Positions 10,191 to 23,010 of a DNA stretch of 64,000 nt are shown piece by piece. The stretch lies in the NCBI GenBank assembly GCA_963807635.1, contig CAWEDJ010000040.1:40733-104732 (forward strand), read 5' to 3'. Below the pieces are notes generated by a model that worked only from the letters and a program-made list of their open reading frames with translations, had not been told where the DNA came from and did not search any database. Source of the DNA: an uncultured cyanobacterium (GTDB lineage Bacteria; Cyanobacteriota; Cyanobacteriia; Cyanobacteriales; Microcystaceae). A program made the translations under genes and the position numbers. Position 1 is the first letter of the stretch; each line of letters starts with the position of its first letter.

Positions 10191-10679
10191 ATGGGAGAAA
10201 AACTCAGTCAATTATTAGAACCGATCGCCGCCTGGTTTAGTAGTTTCGATTTACCAGAGGTGATCACCCATTGGGGCCATCCCGTCATGATGGGAACAGT
10301 GATTTTTGTGATGGGAGGTTATGTCGCCTACGCAGGTTGGCAAAGCCGTTTAAATCCCGATGCTGAAATTGCCGCCAAAAATCGTACCGATCACCGTAAA
10401 TTAGCCCCCTGGATGTTTTTATTCCTCGCCTTGGGCTATACGGGCGGTATTTTATCCCTGGTCATGCAGAAACATTCCCTCCTAGAAAGTCCTCACTTTC
10501 TGACGGGTTCCATTGCCCTATTACTTTTAGCGACCAATGGAATGATTTCCCTCTTTGGCTTTGGCGGTTCCCAAAAGGAAACCCTCCGCTCTGTCCATGC
10601 CTATTTAGGGGCGGGAATTATGGTGTTGCTCATTGTTCATACCGCTTTTGGTTTAAGTCTCGGTTTTTCCCTTTCGTAA
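10191..10679 (+). CDS. DUF4079 family membrane protein
   Basis: HWGHPVMMG, HRKLAPW, SPHF, VHAYLG histidine pattern; likely ATG 10191. Confidence 0.8.
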   Translation: MGEKLSQLLEPIAAWFSSFDLPEVITHWGHPVMMGTVIFVMGGYVAYAGWQSRLNPDAEIAAKNRTDHRKLAPWMFLFLALGYTGGILSLVMQKHSLLESPHFLTGSIALLLLATNGMISLFGFGGSQKETLRSVHAYLGAGIMVLLIVHTAFGLSLGFSLS

Positions 10680-11045
10680 ATCCTTAGCCGTTAAATTCCC
10701 TAGAATCTTGATTTTTCAGGGTTTTAGGGATTTAGTCTTTCAATATAAAAAATATATGCTCAAAAAGGCGATCGCGCTTCAAACTCAATTTAAATAGGAA
10801 TAATAACTTGCTCCAAGTCTGAATAATTGCCGATATTTATCAACCAAGAGTTTAATTGCTTTAGCTCATCTCTCATACAATTCTATAGGTTACAAATTCA
10901 GATAAAGATAACAAAACTGACTTAGAATGCCTATTAAAGTTATCAGACAGTAAGCTCAAAAATTGTTTAATCTCGGTAGCCGTGAGCCTCTGGAGATTTA
11001 AAGCACGATTTTTCAATCCCTTTATACCCTTAATTAATCATTCCA

Positions 11046-12111
11046 ATGTTTTCTTCTCATTTACTTATTACAGGCGGTGCGGGTTTCATCGGTTCTAATT
11101 TTGTCCATCATTGGTGTCATCAATATCCCCAACATCGCGTAATCGTTCTAGATGCGTTGACCTACGCCGGTAATCGTCAAACTCTCGCTGATTTAGAAGG
11201 AAAAGACAATTTTCGTTTTGTTCAGGGGGATATATGCGATCGCGAATTAATCGACTCTTTGCTCAGGGAAGAACAAATTGGCATGGTAGCTCATTTTGCG
11301 GCAGAATCCCATGTTGACCGCTCAATTTTAGGGGCCTGGGGCTTTTGTACAAACCAATGTGGTGGGAACGTTTACCTTATTAGAAAGTTTTCGACAGTAT
11401 TGGAATGAAAAAAGACAACCTCAAGGCGATCGCTTCCTCCATGTTTCCACCGATGAAGTCTATGGCAGTCTAGAACCCGATGATCCCGCTTTTACCGAAA
11501 AAAAACCCTATTCCCCCAACAGTCCCTATTCGGCATCAAAAGCAGGGAGTGATCATCTCGCAAGAGCCTATTTTCATACCTACGGAATGCCGACGATAAT
11601 TACCAATTGTTCTAATAATTATGGGCCTTATCATTTTCCTGAAAAATTAATTCCCTTGATGTGTATTAATATTCTTTTGGGAAAACCTCTGCCCGTTTAT
11701 GGCGATGGACAGAATGTTCGGGATTGGCTCTACGTCGGGGATCATTGTCAAGCGTTAGAGACGGTTTTACACAAAGGAAAAGCGGGAGAAACCTACAATA
11801 TTGGGGGCAATAATGAGGTTAAAAATCTGGAGTTAGTAACGCTTTTATGCCAACTCATGGATGAATTGGCTCCTGATTTACCCATCAAACCTTCCAGTCA
11901 ATTAATTACCTTCGTTAAAGACCGTGCAGGCCATGACCGCCGTTATGCGATCGATGCCACTAAAATTCGTACTGAGTTGGGTTGGACACCCCAGGAAACC
12001 GTTGAGCAGGGATTACGCAAAACCATCCAATGGTATTTAGAAAATCCCGACTGGTGGCAACCGTTGTTATCAGAAGATTATAAAAATTATTATCAAAAAG
12101 TTTACGGTTAA
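11046..12111 (+). CDS. rfbB: dTDP-glucose 4,6-dehydratase (frameshift at ~11331)
   Basis: [38 protein letters not shown] across two ORFs. Confidence 0.92.
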
Positions 12112-12800
12112 TCGGGTCGATAACTGCCCATCACTCGTCCGCAACTCCACCATTTTTGGTAATAACTTTGGCTAATTTCATCGCCTTCGGTGGAAAGAAT
12201 ATCAATACCAATGCCATTTCGTCCCATAGCTTTTCCTGAACTGTGGATATAGTAGCGATCGCCTAAATGGAGGGCGACATGATCAACCCGTTTACTCCCA
12301 AAAAAGATCAGATCTCCAGGCAGTAAATCCGCGATCGCCACTCGTTCCGTAAATGCTTCTTGCTGATAGGAATCCCTGGGTAACCAAATGCCTGATGCTG
12401 CAAAGGCCGCTTGCATTAATCCCGAACAATCATAGTTAGGGCCGAGGGTTCCTCCCCAGAGATAATAATTGGGTTGTTCCTTGGCCGCTTGGGCGTAGGC
12501 AATAATTTCAGGAAGACGGGCTTCAATCTCTACACGGGGCAGGGCGATCGGCTGATATTTTTCTGAGATGGGTTGGAGAGTGCTTAATTTTTCTAGGGGA
12601 AGCCAAGCCTGATAGCCATCTTCTACTAAATTCACCTTGACGGAGATCGGGTTAGATTCATTTTCGACTACGGTGAGGTATCTGCCTTCTTTGGCTTGGG
12701 TTGCCAGGGTTTTACAATCCGTTTCGTCATACAGATCGAGAGAAACTGAGCATTGATATTCGAGAGTCATCAGAAAATTTTCGGAAAAAGACTGATTCAC
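12108..12800 (-). CDS. NlpC/P60 (C40) peptidase
   Basis: YLWGG...[18 protein letters not shown]. Confidence 0.9.
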   Translation of the reverse strand: MNQSFSENFLMTLEYQCSVSLDLYDETDCKTLATQAKEGRYLTVVENESNPISVKVNLVEDGYQAWLPLEKLSTLQPISEKYQPIALPRVEIEARLPEIIAYAQAAKEQPNYYLWGGTLGPNYDCSGLMQAAFAASGIWLPRDSYQQEAFTERVAIADLLPGDLIFFGSKRVDHVALHLGDRYYIHSSGKAMGRNGIGIDILSTEGDEISQSYYQKWWSCGRVMGSYRPD

Positions 12801-12843
12801 TTTAGCAAAAAATTGTCGAGTGTGAATGGCGATGCCTCATTAA

Positions 12844-13290
12844 AATACCAACCCTTTTGCTTTAGTGACAGCCGCTCATTTATTGACTCAAAGAACTCGC
12901 AAAGATGTAGAGGCGCGTTACACTGCAAAATGGCGATTGGCTAAGTTATTATACGAAAAAGACTGGGGAAAACAGCAAATTATTGACTTGTTTGCGATAA
13001 TTGATTGGTTAATGACCTTACCCTCTGAATTAGAAAAACAACTCTGGACTTCAATTAGTGAATTAGAGAGGAATGTCAAAATGCGCTATGTTACATCGGT
13101 AGAACGAATTGGTATCGAACAAGGTATCGAACAAGGTGAAATGATTCTACTGCGTCGAATGTTGACGAAACGTTTTGGCGAGTTGCCTCAAGAGATAGAG
13201 ATTCGTTTGAGCCAGGCTTCGATCGCCGATTTAGAGTTATGGGGCGATCGCATTTTAGAGGCACAAACTTTAACGGACGTATTTGATTAA
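12844..13290 (+). pseudogene. Rpn/DUF4351 family C-terminal fragment
   Basis: NPFALVTAAHL...IDWLMTLP...MRYVTSVERIGIEQGIEQGE...LTKRFGELP; N-terminal nuclease domain absent. Confidence 0.75.
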
Positions 13291-13399
13291 TCGATGGGTT
13301 TACGATTTGTCAGTTTAATCGCGTTTTTCTTGATCGGGAAGAGGCGATCGCTGATGGAGTCGGTAGTTTCCCATGTTTTGTAGGGCTGATGATGGAAGA

Positions 13400-15072
13400 A
13401 TGATTCAGCCCTTACCTACTGGACTTGTAAACCTGATCGCGGCGGGAGAAGTGATTGATCCTTGGCTCAGTGGTACGGGAATTGGTCGAAAACGCGATCG
13501 ATGCAGGGGCGACCCATCTCAGGATTCGGCTGAATGCGGAAGAAGGTTCCATTCAAGTGACGGATAATGGGCGGGGCATGACCCTAGAAGAACTGCAAAC
13601 CTGCGCGTTACCCCATACGACAAGTAAAATTCGTGAATTAGCCGATCTTTGGCACATTAAAACCCTCGGATTTCGGGGGGAAGCATTGCATAGCCTGAGT
13701 CAGGTGGCAGAATTAGAAATTAAAAGTCGCTCTGCCCAGGATTTGAATCACACAGGTTGGCAAGTCCGCTACCATGACAACGGAAAAGCTCAGGAACCGC
13801 TCAATGTCGCGATCGCGGTGGGAACCATTATTACCGTTACTGATTTATTTAAAAAAATTCCCCATCGTCTGTTGGGATTGCCGCCCGTTGCTCAACAATT
13901 AAAAACTGTGCAGACCTATCTTCAAAAATACGGCCCTTTGTCATCCCCAGATCACTTGGCAAGTCTGGCAAAAAGAACAATTGTGGATCAGCATTAGCCC
14001 CAGCCAAAACGCCCAAAAGATTTTGCCTCAATTCCTCAAAACTGTTAAATTTAGCGATTTACAGTCCCTTTCTCTGAAGATTGAAACCCCGACCGATCCC
14101 GTTTCCGTTGCAACCTTGGATTTACTGATAGGCTTGCCCGATCGCTGCCATCGTCGTCGCCCCGATTGGATCAAAGTTGCCATTAATCATCGACCGCTTA
14201 AAATCCCAGAGCTAGAACAGACCATTATTTCAACCTTTCATCGCACTCTTCCCCGCGATCGCTTTCCTGTGTGTTTCGTCCATCTTCAGGTGTGTCCAAG
14301 CCAAATCGATTGGAATCGCCACCCCGCTAAAACGGAAATTTATTTGCAATCTCTTCCTTTTTGGCAAACTCAAATTACCCAAGCAATTACTCAAGCATTA
14401 CACCTTAATCTGGATATTTTGCCCGAAAATAGTCACCAACAACGGGTTAATCACCTTCTAAAAGCCGCAGAAGCCCAAGGAACCTATCAAGTCGATTCTG
14501 TGACGACGGAACCCCTGTCCACTCTGGGATTAATGCCCCTAAAGGTGATCGCCCAGGTGAATAAAACCTATATCATTGCAGAACATGAATCAGGACTTTG
14601 GTTAATCGAACAACACATTGCCCAGGAGCGAGTTTTATACGAAAAATTGCAAGATCAATGGCAATTAGTTAACTTAGAAAAGCCTATTATTCTGAATTAT
14701 TTAAGTCAAAATCAAGTCGAAAATTTACAACATTTAGGCATAGAAATTGACCCTTTTGGAGAACAAGCCTGGGCCATTCGTAATGCCCCCGAATTATTAG
14801 CTCATCGAGAAGACTGCGCCGAAGCCCTGATAGAACTCAGTTTAGGCGGAGACCTATCCACTGCTCAAGCCGCGATCGCCTGTCGAACCGCTATTCGCAA
14901 TGGCATGAATTTAAACCTAGCGGAAATGCAAATGCTTTTAGACCAATGGAAAACAAGTCGTCATCCCCAAACCTGTCCCCACGGCCGCCCGATTTATTTA
15001 TCTCTAGAAGAATCCTCCTTAGCCCGTTTCTTTCGCCGTCACTGGATGATCGGAAAAAGTCATGGTATTTAG
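13400..15072 (+). CDS. mutL: DNA mismatch repair protein MutL (frameshifts at ~13460 and ~13925)
   Basis: LIAAGEVID, VVRELVENAIDAGA, TLGFRGEAL, EQHIAQERVLYE, CPHGRP across three frames. Confidence 0.92.
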
Positions 15073-15106
15073 GTTAAAATGATTCATTTAATTTTTTTCA
15101 AGAATT

Positions 15107-15130
15107 GTAGGGACATAATATATTATGTCC
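15107..15130 (+). repeat. GTAG-type REP-like palindrome, copy 1
   Basis: GTAG + perfect 20-bp palindrome GGACATAATATATTATGTCC. Confidence 0.8.
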
Positions 15131-15199
15131 TCATAGCCATCTGATACCTTTTAATTCCAAATTCGCTTATCAAAAACCTATAAACATTATTCTAAAATT

Positions 15200-16183
15200 A
15201 TGTCTGTTGTTTTAGTCGAACATTTAAGTAAATTCTATCCCGTCGCTGTCAAATCCCCTGGAATTAAAGGAACCCTAACCCATTTTTTTAAACGTACCTA
15301 TCGAGAAGTAAAAGCCGTTCAAGACATTTCTTTTTCCATAGAAGCAGGAGAAATTGTCGGTTTCTTAGGCCCCAATGGAGCAGGGAAAACGACTACCCTA
15401 AAAATGTTAACAGGACTCATTCACCCCTCTCAGGGACAGGTTAGGGTCGCAGGTTATGTTCCTTTTCGTCGTCAACCCCAATTTTTACAAAAAGCCAGTC
15501 TCGTGATGGGACAAAAACAACAATTACTTTGGGATCTTCCCGCTCTCGATTCCCTGAGAATTAATGCGGCAATTTATAAAATTCCTGACGATATTTTTGA
15601 AAAAAGACTTCAAGAATTAGCAGAAATGTTGACCCTACAAAAACAGTTAACCCAACCTGTTCGGAAACTCTCTTTAGGAGAGCGGATGAAAGCCGAATTA
15701 TTAGCAGCCTTATTACACCATCCCCAGGTGTTGTTTCTAGATGAACCGACCCTCGGTTTAGATGTGAATGCCCAGGTTGCCGTGCGAAATTTTTTGCAGG
15801 AATATAATGAACGTTATCAAGCAACGATTCTGTTAACCAGTCATTATATGGCAGATATTACGGCTCTCTGTAAACGGGTTTTGTTGATTCACCAAGGACA
15901 GTTATTTTATGACGGAGATTTAGAACAGCTTTTAGAACGTTTTGCACCCTATCGAGAAGTTCGGATAGAATTAGCTAATCTTGTCGCTAAGGAAAAATTA
16001 GAAGATTTTGCAGAAATTGAATCAATTGAAGGTCAAGAAGTCCGTTTTTTAGTCAAGCGAGAAAAATTAACCAGCACCGTTTCTCGAATTTTAGCCCAAT
16101 TAGAGGTAATTGATTTAAGTGTGACCGATCCTCCCATCGAAGAAGTGATTGGTCGTCTTTTTGAAAAAGGAAATACTAATTGA
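15200..16183 (+). CDS. ABC transporter ATP-binding protein
   Basis: GPNGAGKTT, LSLGERM, LFLDEPT. Confidence 0.92.
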   Translation: MSVVLVEHLSKFYPVAVKSPGIKGTLTHFFKRTYREVKAVQDISFSIEAGEIVGFLGPNGAGKTTTLKMLTGLIHPSQGQVRVAGYVPFRRQPQFLQKASLVMGQKQQLLWDLPALDSLRINAAIYKIPDDIFEKRLQELAEMLTLQKQLTQPVRKLSLGERMKAELLAALLHHPQVLFLDEPTLGLDVNAQVAVRNFLQEYNERYQATILLTSHYMADITALCKRVLLIHQGQLFYDGDLEQLLERFAPYREVRIELANLVAKEKLEDFAEIESIEGQEVRFLVKREKLTSTVSRILAQLEVIDLSVTDPPIEEVIGRLFEKGNTN

Positions 16184-16231
16184 TCTAAAAATAATTGTTA
16201 ATAAGTTACATTTTTAAAACAGAAAAATCTT

Positions 16232-16255
16232 GTAGGGACATAATATATTATGTCC
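16232..16255 (+). repeat. GTAG-type REP-like palindrome, copy 2
   Basis: Identical to 15107-15130. Confidence 0.8.
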
Positions 16256-16378
16256 TTATTCCATATAAAATTAAATTACAAAATACTCTCTCAAAAAAAC
16301 TTTTTTTAAGGTTTATCCTTGACCAATTTAAGAATCGAGATAAAATAAAACCACGCGAATCACCCGATATTACTGTTT

Positions 16379-17275
16379 ATGACCCTTGGACAATCTTTCA
16401 AAAATAAAACCCTCATTCAAATTACACCCTATTTATTTCTTCTACCCGCCTTAGCTGTTTTAGGAATAGCTGTATTTTATCCCGCATTTCAAGCATTTTC
16501 TCTCAGCTTCACCCAGTACGACCTCGATTTAACCCAAGCTCCCCAATGGGTCGGTTTAAAGAATTTTCAGAAATTATTCAACGATAAGGTTTTTTGGCAA
16601 ACCCTTCGTAATACTTTTTTATACTTAATCGGTGTTGTTCCTATTTTGGTGATTGTTCCCTTGGGTTTGGCAATTTTAGTGAATCAAAAATTACGAGGAA
16701 TTCGTTGGTTTCGCATTGCCTATTACACGCCCGTTATTATTTCGATGGTGGTTGCGGGAATTGCCTGGAAAGCTCTTTATGCCTCCGATGGAATTCTGAA
16801 TCAATTACTGAAAATAGGGGGATTTACTGAGGGAATTCCTTGGTTAACCAGTCCCGATTTGGCCCTTTGGAGTGTGATGTTGGTGACGATTTGGAAAGGT
16901 TTGGGTTATTATATGGTGATTTATTTGGCGGGATTACAGGGAATTCCCGTTGATTTATACGAAGCCGCCGCGATCGATGGTTCCGATGGTTGGCAGAAAC
17001 ATTGGGATATTACGATTCCGTTGATGCGTCCCTATTTGTCTTTAGTTGCGGTAATCTCTTCTATTTCTGCTATGAAAGTGTTTGAAGAGGTTTATATTAT
17101 GACCCAGGGTGGCCCTTTAAATCATTCCAAAACCGTTGTTTATTATGTCTATGAAAAGGCATTTCAAGATCTAGAAATTAACTATGCTTCAGCGATCGGT
17201 TTAGTCTTATTTCTATTTATTCTAATTTTATCGATTATTAATCTCAAGATTTCGCGCAATACATCCACTTTTTAA
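16379..17275 (+). CDS. Carbohydrate ABC transporter permease
   Basis: LYEAAAIDGS EAA motif, TQGGP, multiple TM segments. Confidence 0.9.
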   Translation: MTLGQSFKNKTLIQITPYLFLLPALAVLGIAVFYPAFQAFSLSFTQYDLDLTQAPQWVGLKNFQKLFNDKVFWQTLRNTFLYLIGVVPILVIVPLGLAILVNQKLRGIRWFRIAYYTPVIISMVVAGIAWKALYASDGILNQLLKIGGFTEGIPWLTSPDLALWSVMLVTIWKGLGYYMVIYLAGLQGIPVDLYEAAAIDGSDGWQKHWDITIPLMRPYLSLVAVISSISAMKVFEEVYIMTQGGPLNHSKTVVYYVYEKAFQDLEINYASAIGLVLFLFILILSIINLKISRNTSTF

Positions 17276-17290
17276 GCCTGAAAATTAGAC

Positions 17291-19286
<1,996 letters not shown>

Positions 19287-19302
19287 GTTTTATTTTATTT
19301 TA

Positions 19303-19363
19303 TTATAACAGAGAAAGTTGTTGAGTTTGAATAGGTTTGGGTGGTTTTTCTAAGGTTTTAAGG
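19303..19363 (-). pseudogene. Displaced original 3' end of the type III mod gene
   Basis: Removing ISAs1 and one TTAAGG copy restores in-frame ...NVANLKTLEKPPKPIQTQQLSLL*. Confidence 0.8.
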
Positions 19364-20660
19364 CAGGGTAAGCGCAAGAAAAATGTTAACGTAATATGAT
19401 ATACAAAAAAAGATGAAAAAAGATGAAAAAAGTAGAAATAAATCAAGACTCCCAATCAAACCTAGAAATTCAAGAAAAATCAACCCGAAAAGCCCAAGAA
19501 AGATGGTTATCCTATTTTCAGAGTCTGGAAGACCCCAGAGGCAAACAGGGAAGAGAGCATAATTTTCTGAGTATCGTAATAATTTCCGTATTAGCCGTAA
19601 TAGGAGGTGCAGTAGGCTGGGAAGATATAGAATTATATGGAGTGAGTCATGAACAATGGTTGAGAACATTTCTAAATCTAGAAAAAGGGATACCAAGTGC
19701 AGATACCTATCGACGAGTATTAGCTAGGTTAAAGCCAGAAGCGTTACAGGGATGTTTTCAAGGGTGGATAAAGCAAGTGGTAGAGGAGACAGGGGAACAA
19801 ATTATTCCGATAGATGGTAAAGAGATGAGAGGTTCTTATGACAGAAATTATCAACAAGGGGCATTAAGAATAGTAAGTGCTTGGGCGATGGAAAATCATT
19901 TGATGCTAGGGCAAGTAAAAGTAGATAACAAAAGCAATGAAATAACAGCAATACCGATACTATTAGAGTCATTAGAGGTTAAGGGCTGCACAATTACAAT
20001 AGATGCAATGGGAACTCAGAAAGCAATAGCGGAAAAAATTGTAGAAAAGCAAGCAGATTACGTTCTGAGTTTAAAAAGAAATCACCCCACGTTGCATGAT
20101 GAGGTAGAGTCATGGTTTGAAAAAGCAGAAGAGCAAAAGTTTCAGGGAGTAAATTTGAGCCATGACTTGGGCATAGAAGCAGGACATAACCGCCGAGAGA
20201 AGCGTGAAATCTGGGCAATTCCTCTAAGCGAAATGGGAGGACTTTATCAAGAAGAAGAATGGGCAGGCTTGCAAACCATTGTCAGGGTGGAGAGATACCG
20301 ACATCTCTGGAATAAAACCACTCACGAGATCCAATTCTATCTCACATCGTTACCCTGTTCTGCTCAGGTTATTGGTCGGGCAATTCGTCAGCATTGGAGT
20401 ATCGAAAATCAATTACACTGGGTTTTAGATGTCACTTTTAGCGAAGATTCCTCTCGCATTCGTCGTGGACATGGAGCGGAAAACTTTACTTTTTTGCGGC
20501 GTATGGCTATCGGAATTCTTAATCAAGAAAATAGCAAAAAAAGGAGTCTCAGGCAAAAATCTCGATTGGCTTCTATGAACTCTCGATATATGCTTCAAGT
20601 CCTTACTCAAGCTTTCTTTTCTTAACATTTTTTGTTTCCTTTTTTCTTGCGCTTACCCTG
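19364..20660 (+). mobile_element. ISAs1-family insertion sequence
   Basis: Perfect 20-bp TIR CAGGGTAAGCGCAAGAAAAA; flanked by direct repeat TTAAGG (19358-19363 and 20661-20666). Confidence 0.92.
19423..20625 (+). CDS. ISAs1-family transposase
   Basis: DPR, IDGK, KSNEITAIP, TIDAMGTQ, HWSIENQLHWVLDVTF. Confidence 0.93.
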   Translation: MKKVEINQDSQSNLEIQEKSTRKAQERWLSYFQSLEDPRGKQGREHNFLSIVIISVLAVIGGAVGWEDIELYGVSHEQWLRTFLNLEKGIPSADTYRRVLARLKPEALQGCFQGWIKQVVEETGEQIIPIDGKEMRGSYDRNYQQGALRIVSAWAMENHLMLGQVKVDNKSNEITAIPILLESLEVKGCTITIDAMGTQKAIAEKIVEKQADYVLSLKRNHPTLHDEVESWFEKAEEQKFQGVNLSHDLGIEAGHNRREKREIWAIPLSEMGGLYQEEEWAGLQTIVRVERYRHLWNKTTHEIQFYLTSLPCSAQVIGRAIRQHWSIENQLHWVLDVTFSEDSSRIRRGHGAENFTFLRRMAIGILNQENSKKRSLRQKSRLASMNSRYMLQVLTQAFFS

Positions 20661-22237
20661 TTAAGGTTGGCAACATTAAGGCTATAGTCATCATGTCCCC
20701 ATTCGCATTGATGAAGGACTGATTGGGGGATTTTTGTGATGGTAACTTGAGCAAATTCATCGGGATTAAGATGATAGGCTTTGCAACAAATGAGCAAGCT
20801 CTGGTCTTCTCTTAATTCTTCGTTAATAGCTTTTAGTTGATCATGAGTTAGGGTATTTGTGGTGACATAAATATGATCAGATTCGGAAGAGTAGCCTTGA
20901 TTCCAGTAGTTAGTTTGGCTAGGGGCGTAGGTGAATCCCATCAGTTTACACATGGCTTCCGCTAACATTGCAGGATTATATTTGGGTGAAATAATCCAGT
21001 TATCATACTTGTCTTTTTCGAGGAGGGAAGGAGCTAATTTAAAGTAACGAAAGCCTCCGCCACCTTCCCAATTAACAGTTTTGGTAATGCCACCAGGGTC
21101 TTCATTATTAATAACTTTTTGTAATCGTGGAATGATGTGAGTATGGCAATGTTCACCGAGTTCAATCATGATCCAACGGCGACCCATTTTCTGGGCTACG
21201 GCTCCTGTTGTTCCTGAACCTGCAAAGGAGTCTAAAACTAAATCGCCTGGATTTGTAGCAATTTCTAAAATCCTTTTAATTAATCTTTCTGGTTTAGGAG
21301 TATCAAATACATTTTGATTTCCATATAAACGGATCACTTCTTTTTTTGCTTCATCTGTGTGACCAACTTCATCATGGGGCCACCAATTATGAGGAGTCAT
21401 ACCATCACGAACTTCTGAAAGGAAAAGCTTTAATGCTGGAACTGTGTTATTACCATCTTTCCCCCACCAAATTCTATTTTCATCAACGTGTTTTTTGTGT
21501 GTTTGTGGATCGTATTTCCATGCTTTTTTTGTATTTTTAACAGTGCTTCCAGTATTAGGGTTAATAATGTCATAACATAAATTTGGTCGCTTTTCTGGTG
21601 TCGCTTGATTAAGATAATCAACGGCCTTCCAAGGCCCTCGCGAGTCATTATCAGGATTTGAATATCTTGCGCTTGATTCCTCTGTTCTAGGCAATAAATT
21701 ATTTTTAAACTTATCATTTTTTGCATAGACTAAAATAAAATCACAAATTGTTGCAATTCCTTGAAAATTATTACTAACACTATACTTTCTCTGCCAAGTT
21801 ATTGTTGATTTGTAGTTACTTCTGCCAAAAATCTCATCACACATCACCTTTAAATAATGTGCCTCATTATCATCAATCGTGATCCAAATCGAACCATCTT
21901 CCGCCAATAAATTCCGCAAAATCTCTAAGCGATCCCTCATCAAACCTAACCAAATAGAATGCTCAACGCCATCATCATAATGTTCAAAAGCTGATCCCGT
22001 ATTGTAGGGCGGATCAATAAAAATACATTTCACTTTTCCCGTAAATTCCTGCTCCAACGCCTTCAACACCAACAAATTATCGCCAAAAATTAACCGATTA
22101 TCAAAAATATCCTGATCCGTAACCCGATGCTTGGCATGATAGAATTTTTCCTTATCCTCCAACAAAATACGAGGCTCCAATCTTGGCCGCTCATCCTTGC
22201 CAATCCAAGTTAACTCCAAACGCTGCTTTCGACTCAT
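20603..22237 (-). CDS. Type III restriction-modification Mod subunit (amino-methyltransferase); last 19 aa are IS-derived
   Basis: LELTWIGK, GDNL, IDPPYNTG, TPKPERL, VLDSFAGSGTTG, WEGGGGF. Confidence 0.88.
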   Translation of the reverse strand: MSRKQRLELTWIGKDERPRLEPRILLEDKEKFYHAKHRVTDQDIFDNRLIFGDNLLVLKALEQEFTGKVKCIFIDPPYNTGSAFEHYDDGVEHSIWLGLMRDRLEILRNLLAEDGSIWITIDDNEAHYLKVMCDEIFGRSNYKSTITWQRKYSVSNNFQGIATICDFILVYAKNDKFKNNLLPRTEESSARYSNPDNDSRGPWKAVDYLNQATPEKRPNLCYDIINPNTGSTVKNTKKAWKYDPQTHKKHVDENRIWWGKDGNNTVPALKLFLSEVRDGMTPHNWWPHDEVGHTDEAKKEVIRLYGNQNVFDTPKPERLIKRILEIATNPGDLVLDSFAGSGTTGAVAQKMGRRWIMIELGEHCHTHIIPRLQKVINNEDPGGITKTVNWEGGGGFRYFKLAPSLLEKDKYDNWIISPKYNPAMLAEAMCKLMGFTYAPSQTNYWNQGYSSESDHIYVTTNTLTHDQLKAINEELREDQSLLICCKAYHLNPDEFAQVTITKIPQSVLHQCEWGHDDYSLNVANLNRVSARKKETKNVKKRKLE

Positions 22238-22332
22238 TTATACCCAAATTTCGTTCATAGCCAACTTTTACAGTTTAACAGATTAGTCCAAATTATATTC
22301 AACAGCCTCAAAATGAACCCTAGCCAATTCGA

Positions 22333-22665
22333 CTAAGCGAGTAAAATGTTCTGCAATTTTTCTATCCAATCTGTTATCCCCCGATAGGAAAATTCCCAGT
22401 CTGATAAATCAATTTCCCAAAGTTTTTCTACTTTCTCTTCGAGATAATTAATAAAGTCTTCATCCTGTTGAATTTTTTGAAAAAAAGTAGGATAATCAAG
22501 TTAATATTTTATTTCATAATCACAATTTTTTTGCTTTAATTCAACAATTTTAGCGGTTATTTTTTCAATGGTATAACGTTGAACTGCTAAATTAATTGCG
22601 GATGGTAGATCACCAAAGTTACCGAGTATTTCAGCATAATCTTCTTTAATTGCAATATTTATCAT
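22333..22665 (-). pseudogene. Disrupted small acidic protein, probable antitoxin of a decayed TA pair
   Basis: MINIAIKEDYAEILGNFGDL...EIKY* continuing in a shifted frame to ...WEIDLSDWEFSYRGITDWIEKLQNILLA*; an overlapping short partner stub follows. Confidence 0.4.
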
Positions 22666-23010
22666 GACTGCTATCTTCCCCTATGCAAAGTTTTTTCTAG
22701 TTGGTTGTGGAGATCACTGATCATTTTTCTCATCATAGCGAGTAATCTTCAGATCCGCATAAACTTCTGACACGATCGCCAACCGTTGACAATTCCCCAT
22801 AAAACCTGATCGCATTTTTTCCGTCGTATTTTAAAGAATGATCAAAAGGAATCGTTCCTAACAGAAATAATTTTAGGCGGAAATTTGTTAATTGATAAGC
22901 CTGTTTAACAAGCATTTGTCAGCGATCGCCCTGGTCAGAAAATACAAGGATTTAGCTTGCTAGGCATTAAAATAAAGATAACGCTTGCCTTCGGCCTATC
23001 TCCTTTTTTT

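Noticed and set aside
10974..10984. CGGTAGCCGTG upstream of rfbB resembling an ops/JUMPstart element
   Set aside because: Only a partial match to GGCGGTAG, rfbB is not at the head of a long operon here, and no RfaH-like gene is in view.
13111..13140. Tandem GGTATCGAACAA repeat
   Set aside because: Encodes the ordinary GIEQ-GIEQ-GE linker of Rpn/DUF4351 proteins; not CRISPR-like.
13400..15072. Calling mutL, rfbB, aas, thrC and comEC true pseudogenes
   Set aside because: Each has only 1-bp indels with otherwise intact frames, the pattern expected from long-read error; kept as CDS pending read evidence.
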